Counted from the stretch's first letter, positions 48,777 to 58,960 are shown. The stretch: DNA of 64,000 nucleotides from Candidatus Woesebacteria bacterium (GCA_003484955.1 DMZH01000001.1:215848-279847), one strand, 5' to 3'. Notes: generated by a model not told the origin, from the sequence alone. Made by a program: numbers and translations.

Positions 48777-49841
48777 ATGTACTCTCCCAAATATGTGGTT
48801 TCGAATAGAGTTCTTAAAAATATCGGCTCTATCGAAGCAAGCAAAGAAGTTATTGAGAACGCTCCTTTAGTCCCTTCTTTTGCAAAGCAATTTCAATCGG
48901 ATGCTGTTATCCGCACCATTCATCACGGCACCCACATAGAGGGGAATGACCTAACCCTTTATCAAACTAAAAAGATTCTGGAAGGAGCCGAGGTTTATGC
49001 CAGGGCACGCGATATTCAAGAAGTAATAAACTACAGGAATGTTATGCAGCTTCTGGATGAGCTTGCTGTCAAGCGTGGAGGGTACGAGACCGACATGCTT
49101 AAAGATATCCATAGAGCAACGGTTGATAGGATCATTGTGCCGGAAAAAATCGGAGTTTTCAGAACAACTGAGGTTGTAATAAAAGAAGAAGGAACCGGTA
49201 AAGTTATTTTTCAACCGCCTCCATCACACGAAGTTCCGTATCTGCTCGATGATTTCTTTGAATGGCTGAATGATCCAATAGCCCGGGATATTCACCCGAT
49301 AATCAGATCCGGCATCGCGCACTACATTTTGGTTGCAATCCATCCTTTTGTTGAAGGAAACGGCAGAACGGTCAGGGCCTTTTCGAATCTGGTTTTGATG
49401 AGAGAGGGGTACAACATCAAAAAGTTTTTCTCCATTGAGGAGCGTTTTGACGCAGACCCCAGAGCCTATTATGAAGCTTTGGGCGAGGTTGATAAGGGGT
49501 CTCCCAATTTGGGCACAAGAGATGTAACCGCCTGGCTGGAATATTTTACCGGAGTGGTTGCGGCGGAGCTAGAGAAGGTTAAAGATAAGGTTAGAAAGCT
49601 TTCCGTTGACTCACGTCTCAAGGTAAAGTTTGGAGAACAAGTTGCGCTGACCGAGAGGCAAATGCGTCTTATTGAATACATTTCCGACCAGGGTTCGGGT
49701 GGAATGGCTGAACTGAAAAAAGTACTATCGATGGTTTCTGAAGATACGATTTTGAGAGAGCTCAAGGATCTTTTGAGTAAGGGAATAATCAAAAAGCAAG
49801 GCAGTACAAAGGCCAGTAAGTATGTGATAGCCAATAAATAA
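48777..49841 (+). CDS. Fic family protein with C-terminal HTH
   Basis: HPFVEGNGRTVR motif; THIEGN inhibitory-type motif; wHTH C-terminus. Confidence 0.92.
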   Translation: MYSPKYVVSNRVLKNIGSIEASKEVIENAPLVPSFAKQFQSDAVIRTIHHGTHIEGNDLTLYQTKKILEGAEVYARARDIQEVINYRNVMQLLDELAVKRGGYETDMLKDIHRATVDRIIVPEKIGVFRTTEVVIKEEGTGKVIFQPPPSHEVPYLLDDFFEWLNDPIARDIHPIIRSGIAHYILVAIHPFVEGNGRTVRAFSNLVLMREGYNIKKFFSIEERFDADPRAYYEALGEVDKGSPNLGTRDVTAWLEYFTGVVAAELEKVKDKVRKLSVDSRLKVKFGEQVALTERQMRLIEYISDQGSGGMAELKKVLSMVSEDTILRELKDLLSKGIIKKQGSTKASKYVIANK

Positions 49842-49853
49842 TTAATTACCAAA

Positions 49854-50060
49854 ATGTTAGCAAATGATCCGCAGATTTTGTACATGATTTTGGTTGTCCC
49901 GTGTCTTTTCGGACTTACATTGGTAGGGGAAGGCATCAGCAAGCTTGTGCACGAGGAGTCAAACGGTTTAGTCTCCATTATTTTCGGATTCTTGTTTATC
50001 GGACTTGTTATTTTTGCCTACGTTTTCTTCTCAAGCTATCTGGTTTTAGGTAAAGGATAA
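49854..50060 (+). CDS. Small two-TM membrane protein
   Basis: 68-aa hydrophobic ORF. Confidence 0.65.
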   Translation: MLANDPQILYMILVVPCLFGLTLVGEGISKLVHEESNGLVSIIFGFLFIGLVIFAYVFFSSYLVLGKG

Positions 50061-50100
50061 TTACCATTTTTCCCCCAAACGCAATATAATCTGAATTGAT

Positions 50101-51792
50101 ATGCAGTTAAACAAATTCGCAGGCTATCTGGAAAAACTGGAAAAGACTCCTTCCAGGCTTGAAATTACACGGATTTTGTCGAACTTGTTAAAGGAAACCC
50201 CCACTTCTGAAATTGATAAAGTGGTGTTTTTGTCATTGGGAATTTTAGCCCCGAATTATGAAGGAACGATTCTGAACCTGGCGGAAAAGATGATGATAAG
50301 AGTTTTAATGCTGGGTTTCGGAAAAAGTGAGAATGAGGTCAAAGTTTTATACAAAGCAAGCGGGGATTTGGGAAATGTGGCCGAGGAGCTGGGCAAAAGG
50401 CAAGGGGTAAAAGATAAAAGTTTAACTGTAGCGGAAGTGTACGATAAACTTTTGGAAATCGCCGAAGACGGCGGTGGTGGGTCACAGGATCGGAAAATTG
50501 AAAAAATGGCTAAAATCCTGACCGAAATAGATCCGCTCTCTGCCCGCTACATTGCCAGAATTCCTGTTGGCAGGCTTAGGCTTGGGTTTTCCGAAAAAAC
50601 GGTAATTGACGCACTTTCCTCTGAAAGCGGAATTCCGGAAAGAGAAATTGAAAATGCATTCAATATAAGGCCAAATATTGGCTATATTGCACGCTTGGTT
50701 AAAGAAAAAAACATTAAAGATGCCAAGCCCGAAATCGGAGTACCTGTTGTACCAATGCTTGCCCAGAGACTTAACTCAACGGACGCCATGATAAAAAAAA
50801 TGGGAAAGGTTTCTGTCGAGCCAAAATTTGACGGTTTAAGGATATTTATACATTACAGGAAAAAGGATAATCTGGTGAAGATATTCACCCGCAACATGAA
50901 TGCGATTAATCTTGATACCTTTCCGGAGCTGAAAGATGTGGGAAAATACATTAAGGCTTCGGAGGCGATTCTGGACTCTGAAGCTATCGGGGTTGACCCG
51001 AAACGGGCAATGTTTTTGGATTTCCAAAAAACAATTCAAAGAAGGAGAAAGCACGAGATTGAGAAAAACGCTTCTGAGATTCCTCTGCAGTTTCAGGTCT
51101 TTGACATACTTCTTTTTGACGGGAAAAGCCTCATAGGCGTTCCCTACACGGAAAGAAGGGGAATTCTTGAAAAAGTAGCCGTAAACGGGAGTCTTCTACG
51201 GGTTGATGAAAATACGATTACAAATGATCCTGAAGTAATCAAAAATATGCATGAGAAATATCTGAAAATGGGACTTGAGGGGGTAGTTGTCAAAAAAGCC
51301 AACGGGACTTATGTTTCGGGAAGAACCGGCTGGAATTGGGTCAAAATGAAGGAGGTTGAAGGTAAACGGGGAAAACTTTCCGATACGATCGATTGCGTAA
51401 TAATGGGTTATACGTCCGGGAAGGGGAAAAGAACCGGCTTTGGGATGGGCCAGTTTTTGGCTGGGATTAGAGATGGCGACACGTTTAAAAGTGTTACAAA
51501 GGTCGGAACGGGACTATCTGATGAACAGTTTAGGGAATTAAAAGCTCGTTTAACCAAAATTCAGGTGAAAGAAAAACCAAAGGAATATATCGTAAATAAA
51601 GACCTGTATCCCGATTTTTGGGTCACCCCCTCGGTTGTAATTGAACTTGCGGCAGACGAAATAACGGTAAGCCCAAAACATACGGCCGGCCTTGCCCTCA
51701 GGTTTCCACGGCTAATTCGATTCCGTGACGATAGAAGTGTCATAGATGTAACAACTGTAAACGAACTTCACGATCTTTTGAAGCTACAGTAA
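50101..51792 (+). CDS. ATP-dependent DNA ligase
   Basis: EPKFDGLR, EGVVVK, WVKMK, LRFPR. Confidence 0.95.
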   Translation: MQLNKFAGYLEKLEKTPSRLEITRILSNLLKETPTSEIDKVVFLSLGILAPNYEGTILNLAEKMMIRVLMLGFGKSENEVKVLYKASGDLGNVAEELGKRQGVKDKSLTVAEVYDKLLEIAEDGGGGSQDRKIEKMAKILTEIDPLSARYIARIPVGRLRLGFSEKTVIDALSSESGIPEREIENAFNIRPNIGYIARLVKEKNIKDAKPEIGVPVVPMLAQRLNSTDAMIKKMGKVSVEPKFDGLRIFIHYRKKDNLVKIFTRNMNAINLDTFPELKDVGKYIKASEAILDSEAIGVDPKRAMFLDFQKTIQRRRKHEIEKNASEIPLQFQVFDILLFDGKSLIGVPYTERRGILEKVAVNGSLLRVDENTITNDPEVIKNMHEKYLKMGLEGVVVKKANGTYVSGRTGWNWVKMKEVEGKRGKLSDTIDCVIMGYTSGKGKRTGFGMGQFLAGIRDGDTFKSVTKVGTGLSDEQFRELKARLTKIQVKEKPKEYIVNKDLYPDFWVTPSVVIELAADEITVSPKHTAGLALRFPRLIRFRDDRSVIDVTTVNELHDLLKLQ

Positions 51793-51859
51793 CTTACCAG
51801 TTGCCTAAAAACTTCATCTGTGAAAAAATGAATTGATAAGAGAAAGGTGGTGAATATTT

Positions 51860-52189
51860 ATGGCGGAAAAAGAAAAAGGTTTCAAAAAAGAAACGGCAGG
51901 AGCATTTACTTATGTATTGGGTCCGATTACGGGAATATTCTTTTTGGTGACGAGTAAAGACCCCTTTGTCAGATTCCATGCAATGCAGTCAATAGTTGTA
52001 TTCATCGCCCTTTTTGTAGTGCAATGGATACTCGGAATAACAATCATACTTTTCCCATTGTCGGCACTTATCGGTCTTGTTACTTTTGCCCTTTGGTTAA
52101 TTTTGATTTATAAAGCCTGGCAGGGAGAAGAGTGGGAAGTACCTGTTCTTGGAAAAGTTGCCAGAGACTTTCTGAAAAAAGTAAAGTAA
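51860..52189 (+). CDS. DUF4870-like membrane protein
   Basis: FVRFHAMQS, KAWQGEEWEVPVLG. Confidence 0.85.
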   Translation: MAEKEKGFKKETAGAFTYVLGPITGIFFLVTSKDPFVRFHAMQSIVVFIALFVVQWILGITIILFPLSALIGLVTFALWLILIYKAWQGEEWEVPVLGKVARDFLKKVK

Positions 52190-52231
52190 GACAAATTTAC
52201 TGTCTTTGAAGATAGAGCCGATGCGGGGAGG

Positions 52232-52795
52232 ATGTTGGTTGGGAAGCTATCTTCTTTCAAAGGTGACTTTGAGGTAGTTGTGGCGATTCCGCGTGGTGGG
52301 GTAGTTGTAGGCTCCGAAATATCCGGATTACTGAGACTTCCTTTGGCACCTCTGGTGGTCAAAAAAACTCCGACTTTTTGTGAACCCGAACTTGCTGCCG
52401 GAGCAGTCGGACCTAATGGGTTCTCTATTGGCAAAAGAAGCAGAAAAATTGAAAGAATTGTGGAAAAAAGAATAAAAATGTATGGCCGTCCAGGTAATTT
52501 TGAGGGCAAGAAGATCCTCCTGGTTGATGACGGGGTTGCAACGGGTGCAACAATCGAAACGGCAATTTACTTTTTGCAAAAAAGGAACGTCTCCGGTATT
52601 ACAGTAGCAGTTCCGGTTGTGTCGAAAAGTGAATTTGAGAGACTTCAGAGGCTAGTCAGGAGAGTTGTGGCATTAAAAACACCGGATGAGTTTCGGGCAA
52701 TAGATGAGTTTTATCGAAATTTTTCTCAAATAACCGATGATGAGGTGATACAATTGCTTCATAGGCAAAATGAAACTAATAATAGGTTTAGGTAA
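52232..52795 (+). CDS. Phosphoribosyltransferase family protein
   Basis: AIPRGGV, LVDDGVATGAT, FYRNFSQITD; true N-terminus appears to extend upstream (see findings). Confidence 0.85.
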   Translation: MLVGKLSSFKGDFEVVVAIPRGGVVVGSEISGLLRLPLAPLVVKKTPTFCEPELAAGAVGPNGFSIGKRSRKIERIVEKRIKMYGRPGNFEGKKILLVDDGVATGATIETAIYFLQKRNVSGITVAVPVVSKSEFERLQRLVRRVVALKTPDEFRAIDEFYRNFSQITDDEVIQLLHRQNETNNRFR

Positions 52796-53240
52796 TCCCG
52801 GCATTGATTATACTGAAACACGCCACAATGTTGGCTACAAAGTCATCGATGAGCTTCTTAAGAACAAGTTCACGAAAAATATTTTGGCCAGAAAAACCAA
52901 TGTATTTATGAATCAGTCGGGAAAATTTGTTGAATCTCAAACTTCCAAATATCAGGCAAAAGAAGAAGACCTGTATATTGTTCATGATGACCTGGATATC
53001 CCACTGGGTGACTACAAAATTCAATTCGGCAAGGGTCCCAAGGATCACAATGGCCTGAAGTCAATTGACGATGCTCTGGGAACAGATGAGTATTGGCATG
53101 TGAGAATCGGAATAGACAATAGACAGGGCGACTCCCGTCCGATGGGAGAAGAATATGTTCTACAGAACTTTTCCGATGAGGAGAAAGTGATAATTGAAAA
53201 AACAATCAAAGAAGTATGCAAAAAATTGGAGACATTGTAG
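52770..53240 (+). CDS. pth: Peptidyl-tRNA hydrolase
   Basis: GLGNPG..Y..TRHNVG, FMNQSG, HDDLD, HNGLKS. Confidence 0.95.
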   Translation: MKLIIGLGNPGIDYTETRHNVGYKVIDELLKNKFTKNILARKTNVFMNQSGKFVESQTSKYQAKEEDLYIVHDDLDIPLGDYKIQFGKGPKDHNGLKSIDDALGTDEYWHVRIGIDNRQGDSRPMGEEYVLQNFSDEEKVIIEKTIKEVCKKLETL

Positions 53241-53497
53241 GGAAATATAAATTAGAGGATAGGGACAAGTATGTAAGCCGTGAGTTCCAAAAATATGCCT
53301 ACGACCTTGCGGTTGAACTCGGGGACTTGCCTCACAAGTCGCTTTATATGAAGCTTGCCAAGGTAACTCCCAGGATTTTTCTTGAAAAAGCCAGAAGTTT
53401 TGTTAAAGATGCAACGAATGCGAAATCAAAAGGAAGGCTATTCATGTGGAAGCTGAAGCAGCTTAAAGATGAAGCAGAACTCAAAAAGACAAAATAA
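53216..53497 (+). CDS. Hypothetical protein
   Basis: 93-aa ORF overlapping its neighbours in an operon. Confidence 0.7.
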   Translation: MQKIGDIVGKYKLEDRDKYVSREFQKYAYDLAVELGDLPHKSLYMKLAKVTPRIFLEKARSFVKDATNAKSKGRLFMWKLKQLKDEAELKKTK

Positions 53498-53795
53498 AGG
53501 GTTTTTTGAACAGGTTTATAAAGTTGTAAAAGAAATCCCTATCGGGAAAGTTATGACTTATGGGCAGATTGCCGAAATTTTAGGATCAAAAGACGCAAGA
53601 AAGGTTGGGTGGGCGCTTCATGCCAATAAAGATATAAATTGTCCATGCCATAGGGTTGTAAATAAGGAAGGCAGGGTCTCTCGTTCGTATGCATTTGGGG
53701 GCTATATGGAACAGAAAGATAAACTTTTGGGAGAGGGAGTTACCTTTTTGGACGAGCTAGGAGTCGATTTGGGCAAATGCAAATACACGGATTAA
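53469..53795 (+). CDS. MGMT family alkyltransferase (DNA-binding domain only)
   Basis: IPIGKVMTYGQIA, ARKVG, PCHRVV. Confidence 0.9.
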   Translation: MKQNSKRQNKGFFEQVYKVVKEIPIGKVMTYGQIAEILGSKDARKVGWALHANKDINCPCHRVVNKEGRVSRSYAFGGYMEQKDKLLGEGVTFLDELGVDLGKCKYTD

Positions 53796-53820
53796 TGCTA
53801 GAATAATCTGAGGTACTGCC

Positions 53821-54354
53821 ATGAAGCGCGAACTTTTTGTCCATTTTGCATTTTGGTTGTCATTTTTTGTCTTGATCTCCATTTTAAGAAACTATTTGTC
53901 CTTTGCCTATTGGCCTTTTTGGGTTGGGGGACTAATCGGTACGGCTCTGCCGGATATAGACCACCTTATTTATGTTTTCTTTCTAAATCCGCAGGAACTG
54001 ACATCTCAAAGAGTGAACTTTCTTCTTAAAAAGAGGGGAATTCTCAGAATAATAGCGCTTTTATACGAAACCAGGGGAGAAAGAAAAAACTTGGTCTTTC
54101 ATACATTTTTCTTCCAGATAATTTTCTTAATTCTAACGTTTTTTATAGTAAGCTCTTCAGCGTCGCTTCTGGTTCGAGGAATAGTGCTGGCATTCTCCCT
54201 TCACCTATCAACTGACCAGCTTGCGGACATACTTGATCTTAAAAATCTGAACGGTTGGGGATTGCTTTTGTCTTCTGAATTGGACTACCGTAAATCGATT
54301 CTTTATTTTTCCGTTTTGTTATTTTTGTTGCTTTTAATGGGGTTTTTGATGTAA
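53821..54354 (+). CDS. Membrane protein, metal-dependent hydrolase-like
   Basis: H, LPDIDH, FHT, LHLSTD in TM context. Confidence 0.7.
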   Translation: MKRELFVHFAFWLSFFVLISILRNYLSFAYWPFWVGGLIGTALPDIDHLIYVFFLNPQELTSQRVNFLLKKRGILRIIALLYETRGERKNLVFHTFFFQIIFLILTFFIVSSSASLLVRGIVLAFSLHLSTDQLADILDLKNLNGWGLLLSSELDYRKSILYFSVLLFLLLLMGFLM

Positions 54355-54361
54355 CCGGACA

Positions 54362-54892
54362 TCATTCCTTGCAGCAATCGATGGCGTTCTGGACTATTGA
54401 CCCAAATCTTGAAAAAACAGATTCTGAAGTTGTTTTGCCACCTCCGTCATCGGTAAATTGAACTTTACTTGTATTTTGGTTTTTAGCGTTTGGGATTTTG
54501 CTTAAATTAAGCGCCCAAAACAGGGTATAAAGCTTATAAGATTTTGCAAAGAGTTCATCGGCCTTTTTCTTGTCACCTTTTTTTAGTTCCTTGGTTCCAA
54601 CCTCCATCATTCTCATTGATGAGGAAAGTAAGTGCTTACTGATACACCAGACCTCACCCTTTGGATCCTTTACGATGTTTTTCATCAGATCCGTTCTCAT
54701 CAAACGAACTTCGTTAAGAAGGTCCAGGTATCTTTTATCGCCGGTTTTTTGAGATGTAAAAAATAGATGCTCTTCGATGGAGATCAGGTTCATTATCCCA
54801 ATCGACAAGTCCTCACCCGAGGAAAGATCAACGTTTTTATCAATCTCAAATTCTTTAACTTTATTTATAAGATCTTTGTAAGTTTTAACCAT
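54362..54892 (-). CDS. Hypothetical helical protein with WC and terminal CCKE
   Basis: 176-aa ORF; MNLISIEEH, WCISKHLL, DCCKE. Confidence 0.75.
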   Translation of the reverse strand: MVKTYKDLINKVKEFEIDKNVDLSSGEDLSIGIMNLISIEEHLFFTSQKTGDKRYLDLLNEVRLMRTDLMKNIVKDPKGEVWCISKHLLSSSMRMMEVGTKELKKGDKKKADELFAKSYKLYTLFWALNLSKIPNAKNQNTSKVQFTDDGGGKTTSESVFSRFGSIVQNAIDCCKE

Positions 54893-54893
54893 G

Positions 54894-55337
54894 TTAATTT
54901 TTTGTCAGAAAGAAAAAGGCAACACTTGTTATTATAAGGGACAAAACCGGAAATACAACCTTTTGATACGGAAAAAGCTGTTTGTCGCTGACTTTTCTGA
55001 CTTTTTTATCTGCCCAGATACCTATCAAGAAGAATATCGAGCCCACGGCGGTGCCCAACACCACTTTATCTATTCCCCAAAGCCGGTTACCCACGATCCC
55101 GATTGAATTATTAATTTTCAGGGGGATAAGAACCAGGAGATACATTAGGGCGATGATGGGTAACCTGTATCTTTGTACTTTCAGTCTGGGCCATTTTTTA
55201 TCGATCCAGTTAATTGTTATGAAAGAGAAAGACAAAATAAATCCGCCGATCCAGAGCGATGTCACAGCATCATCTATCCCTAGGAACCTTGAAATTCCTA
55301 GTCCTGCAATCACAGTTACTGTACAAACCGGGCACAT
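54894..55337 (-). CDS. Membrane protein with N-terminal CPVC
   Basis: MCPVCT followed by several TM helices; LFPYQKV. Confidence 0.78.
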   Translation of the reverse strand: MCPVCTVTVIAGLGISRFLGIDDAVTSLWIGGFILSFSFITINWIDKKWPRLKVQRYRLPIIALMYLLVLIPLKINNSIGIVGNRLWGIDKVVLGTAVGSIFFLIGIWADKKVRKVSDKQLFPYQKVVFPVLSLIITSVAFFFLTKN

Positions 55338-55464
55338 ATTAGTTATCTAGTACTGTATCCTGATTTTTTAATTGTTTCAATGACTTTTTGTGGTAATCAA
55401 TTAGACTATTGACGTAAAGTCTTGTGAAAAGGTATATTGGTTTCTAGTTACAACAAAGATAAAT

Positions 55465-55785
55465 ATGGCAAGCATTGATATTGCAGATCAAAATTTTGAG
55501 GCCCAGGTTTTACAGAGTAAGCTTCCGGTGTTGGTTGATTTTTGGGCAGAATGGTGCGGACCGTGCAAAATGGCGGGACCGGTTTTGGATGAACTTTCGG
55601 AGGTTTATAAGGACAAACTACTGATAGTAAAGCTGAATGTTGACCAAAACCCGGTCAATTCACAGAAATATGGAATAATGTCGATTCCGACCACGATTCT
55701 CTTTAAGGATGGTAAAGAAATAGATCGTCAGGTTGGTTTTTCAGGAAAAGAAGTATACGAGACATTAATGAAAAAAGGTCTCTGA
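55465..55785 (+). CDS. trxA: Thioredoxin
   Basis: WCGPC, SIPT. Confidence 0.96.
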   Translation: MASIDIADQNFEAQVLQSKLPVLVDFWAEWCGPCKMAGPVLDELSEVYKDKLLIVKLNVDQNPVNSQKYGIMSIPTTILFKDGKEIDRQVGFSGKEVYETLMKKGL

Positions 55786-55810
55786 GTATAGGGAAGGGGG
55801 TGACTAATTT

Positions 55811-56080
55811 ATGGATCCAAATCAAGTAAATCAAAATCCAACACCAGCAGGCGATGTTGGTATGGGAACGCCTGTCGTTGATCCTAATGCAGGAGTACAG
55901 GTACCACCAGTAGAGCCGACGATGCCAACACCTCCTCCGGCAATGCCGGTTGAGCCAGTTGCACCGGTTGCACCGACCGTTGAAGAACAACCGGCAGCTC
56001 CGGAAGTACCGGTTGCGCCTCAGGGTGGAGATATGGGTGGAGGACAAATGCCTCCGACGATGCCTCCGGCAGCCGTATAA
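55811..56080 (+). CDS. Proline-rich low-complexity protein
   Basis: 89-aa ORF with AAGGGGGTG RBS. Confidence 0.6.
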   Translation: MDPNQVNQNPTPAGDVGMGTPVVDPNAGVQVPPVEPTMPTPPPAMPVEPVAPVAPTVEEQPAAPEVPVAPQGGDMGGGQMPPTMPPAAV

Positions 56081-56122
56081 GATCGAATTTCGAAATGAGT
56101 AACCAAATCGAAGTCGGTTTGT

Positions 56123-56166
56123 CTAAATCCGAAACAAAGCTTTTATGTTTTGTCTTTCGGATTTAG
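56123..56166. repeat. Intergenic inverted repeat (CTAAATCCGAAA...TTTCGGATTTAG)
   Basis: 12-bp perfect arms upstream of trxB. Confidence 0.7.
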
Positions 56167-56182
56167 CACTTCGAGATTAATT

Positions 56183-57145
56183 ATGGATAAAGATGTTTTT
56201 GCACCAAAACCCGAGAGTCCAATGGGTCCCTGGGATGTCGTTGTTATCGGCTCCGGTCCTTCGGGGCTTACTGCCGCTATTTATACAACCCGCGGAGCAG
56301 CCTCAACCCTGATTTTCGGGGGAGAAGTTTGGGGAGGCCAGCTGATGCTGACCACGATGGTTGATAATTTTCCGGGATTCCCGGAAGGAATTCTCGGTCC
56401 CGAGTTGATGGAAAAGATGAAGAAACAGGCAGAAAGGTTTGGAGCTGAATTTGTCGGAGTAAATGTAGACTCGATAGATGTCACGAAAAAACCGTTTGAG
56501 ATCAAATCCGGCGGAAAAACCTATCTGGCTAGGTCTGTTATAGTTGCGACTGGTGCGGAAACTGTCTGGTTGGACGCGCCCGGGATTAAAAAATTAATCG
56601 GAAAGGGTATTTCTTCATGTGCTCCATGCGACGCCCCGTTTTTTAGAGGTAAAAAAGTAGCAGTTGTGGGTGGGGGAGATAGCGCAATGGAGGAGGCTTC
56701 GGTTTTAACAAAATACGCATCTGAAGTAACCCTGATCCATAGGCGTGATGAGTTTAAGGCTTCCGCCGCAATGCAGGAAAAAGTGAAAAATGACCCCAAA
56801 GTAAAAATAATGTGGAACTCCGAGGTTATAGAGGCTATTGGAGAGACAAAATTGGAAAAATTAGTCATTAAAAACAACGAAACAGGAGAGACCGCAGAGG
56901 TTCCTTTTGACGGTCTTTTTATAGCGATAGGTCATAAGCCAACCAGCGACATTTTTGCCAGGCAGATTGAAAGAGACGAAAGAGGGTATATTTTGAAAAA
57001 AACATGGCATAGCGGTACCTCCACCAGAGGGATTTTTGTCGCGGGGGACGTGACGGATAAACATTTCAGGCAAGCTGTGGTTTCAACGGGAATGGGATGT
57101 ATGGCAGCCATGGAAGCCCTGGAATATTTGGAAGAAGATAAATAA
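56183..57145 (+). CDS. trxB: Thioredoxin-disulfide reductase
   Basis: GSGPSG, CAPCD, GGGDSA, AGDV. Confidence 0.95.
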   Translation: MDKDVFAPKPESPMGPWDVVVIGSGPSGLTAAIYTTRGAASTLIFGGEVWGGQLMLTTMVDNFPGFPEGILGPELMEKMKKQAERFGAEFVGVNVDSIDVTKKPFEIKSGGKTYLARSVIVATGAETVWLDAPGIKKLIGKGISSCAPCDAPFFRGKKVAVVGGGDSAMEEASVLTKYASEVTLIHRRDEFKASAAMQEKVKNDPKVKIMWNSEVIEAIGETKLEKLVIKNNETGETAEVPFDGLFIAIGHKPTSDIFARQIERDERGYILKKTWHSGTSTRGIFVAGDVTDKHFRQAVVSTGMGCMAAMEALEYLEEDK

Positions 57146-57163
57146 TTCCCGCTTGTCGAAAGA

Positions 57164-58960
57164 ATGAATCAAGAAAAGACGGCCCCGGATAAAATCAAAA
57201 TAAGTTCCAAACTCTTTCCCAAAAATCTTTCCATAAAAACCCTCATATTTTCGGCAGCCGTTTGGTTTTTGTGTATTGTTGTTTTTGGTATTTCACTTAT
57301 TGTTGCCACAGGTGGCTTCAGAGGACAGGTAGATTCAACAAATTTTGGCAACTCCAATCTCTTTACAGATATCCTTATTGGCTCGATTGGAATAGGTGTC
57401 CTATCGTTTATTGTGGCAGTACTGTCAATGGCTGCCGCCCTCCTTTCGTTTTTTAAACTTATAACTTTTCATAAAAGTTTGTTGGGAATAATATTTTTTG
57501 TGCCTAAGTTTTTTTTGGTCATGGCGACATTGCCGCTTATTTTAATTTGGCGGATATTCAGGCAATCTAAGACAAGATTTGGGAAAAAATTCCTATTGGC
57601 AGCGGTTGTAGGAGCAACTCTTTTACCGGTGTGGGTAGGGGTTTATATTATCGTAGGAAAACTTGGGGCGTATCAATTAGGATATATTCCTGAAGATACA
57701 ACCATTGTCGGAACAGGTTCGATGTATCCGACCTGGCCAAAGGGCGATGCAGGAAAAACTCCGGCAGAGTTAACAAAACAAATAGTTGGTACTGCCGGTT
57801 TTTTGCGGTATCCCAATGGCTTGGTGGTGTTTGAAAAACGAATCTTCGGTCACGATATTGGAAGGGGTGACATAATAACCTTTCGCAACTTAGCTACAGA
57901 AGAACTGACCGAGAAAACTTCCGGCGATCCTGCAGGTTTATTAAAAAGAGTTATTGCTCTTGCCGGGGACACAATAGAACTTCGTGATGGTCTGGTTTAT
58001 CTAAATAGTACTCCGATTAAGGAACAATACGTTGCAAAACCCCATACAACTTTTGGAGAGGCATTTTTAAAAGAGTGTCAAAAGGTTACAGTTCCCGAAA
58101 ATAATGTTTTTGCAATGGGAGATAACAGAATGGGGAGTGCAGATTCAAGAGAGATAGGATTTGTGCCAATCTCAGATATTGATTACATATTGCCTTACAG
58201 AGACCAAAAGGGAAAATTAGATAAAAATTGGCATGATACAACAAATGACCTGGATGATTCTTCAAAGCCAAAAATTGACAGAAATCAATTTGTAGAACTG
58301 CTTAACGCCAAAAGAAAAGAAAATGGTGCCGGCAAAATTGAATATGATACCAAACTTGAGAAATCTGCGGAGTTAAGAGGAAAGGCAATACTGAAATTTG
58401 ACGATTATACGTATGAGGCAACAATAAGTGGTTACCCAATGGAAAAATCTATGGCGGATGCAGGATATTGGAATTCTTATTGGTGGGAGGTGATAATCCC
58501 CGGATATTACGATGCAGACGGACTAATCGAGGATTATTTAGATCGTGATACAAGCGATGCCAAGAAAAACTGGTTTGACAAAAAGTTTCAGGATATTGGA
58601 ATTGCGGAAGTGGAAGGAACGGTAAATGGCTGTCCGACACAGGTAATCATTGTTCAAGTTGCAGGGTATATACCGGCTACATATGACCCTGATGTTGTAC
58701 AGAGTTGGAGGGATTCATTAAACAATTTAAACGATATCATTCCTTCATGGGAGAAGGCTAAGGGGTGGGATTATATAAACCAACAGGATCTGGCACGCCT
58801 TCTAGACCTCCTTTACAGAGAAAGAACAATTGCATCTAACATTTTGTCAAAAGAAGAGGCACGTCAATGGTTGAGTAAAGCTGACAATGATTCTATTGAT
58901 GAATATGAAAAATTGGCAAAAGAGAGTTTCTCCCTGGCAAATAAACTAAACGGAAAATAA
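57164..58960 (+). CDS. Signal peptidase I (S26) fused to a CAP/SCP-like domain
   Basis: Multiple N-terminal TMs; GSMYPT, LKRVIA, GDNR..SADSR; then LLNAKRKENG...LEKSA..R...FQDIGIA. Confidence 0.8.
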   Translation: MNQEKTAPDKIKISSKLFPKNLSIKTLIFSAAVWFLCIVVFGISLIVATGGFRGQVDSTNFGNSNLFTDILIGSIGIGVLSFIVAVLSMAAALLSFFKLITFHKSLLGIIFFVPKFFLVMATLPLILIWRIFRQSKTRFGKKFLLAAVVGATLLPVWVGVYIIVGKLGAYQLGYIPEDTTIVGTGSMYPTWPKGDAGKTPAELTKQIVGTAGFLRYPNGLVVFEKRIFGHDIGRGDIITFRNLATEELTEKTSGDPAGLLKRVIALAGDTIELRDGLVYLNSTPIKEQYVAKPHTTFGEAFLKECQKVTVPENNVFAMGDNRMGSADSREIGFVPISDIDYILPYRDQKGKLDKNWHDTTNDLDDSSKPKIDRNQFVELLNAKRKENGAGKIEYDTKLEKSAELRGKAILKFDDYTYEATISGYPMEKSMADAGYWNSYWWEVIIPGYYDADGLIEDYLDRDTSDAKKNWFDKKFQDIGIAEVEGTVNGCPTQVIIVQVAGYIPATYDPDVVQSWRDSLNNLNDIIPSWEKAKGWDYINQQDLARLLDLLYRERTIASNILSKEEARQWLSKADNDSIDEYEKLAKESFSLANKLNGK

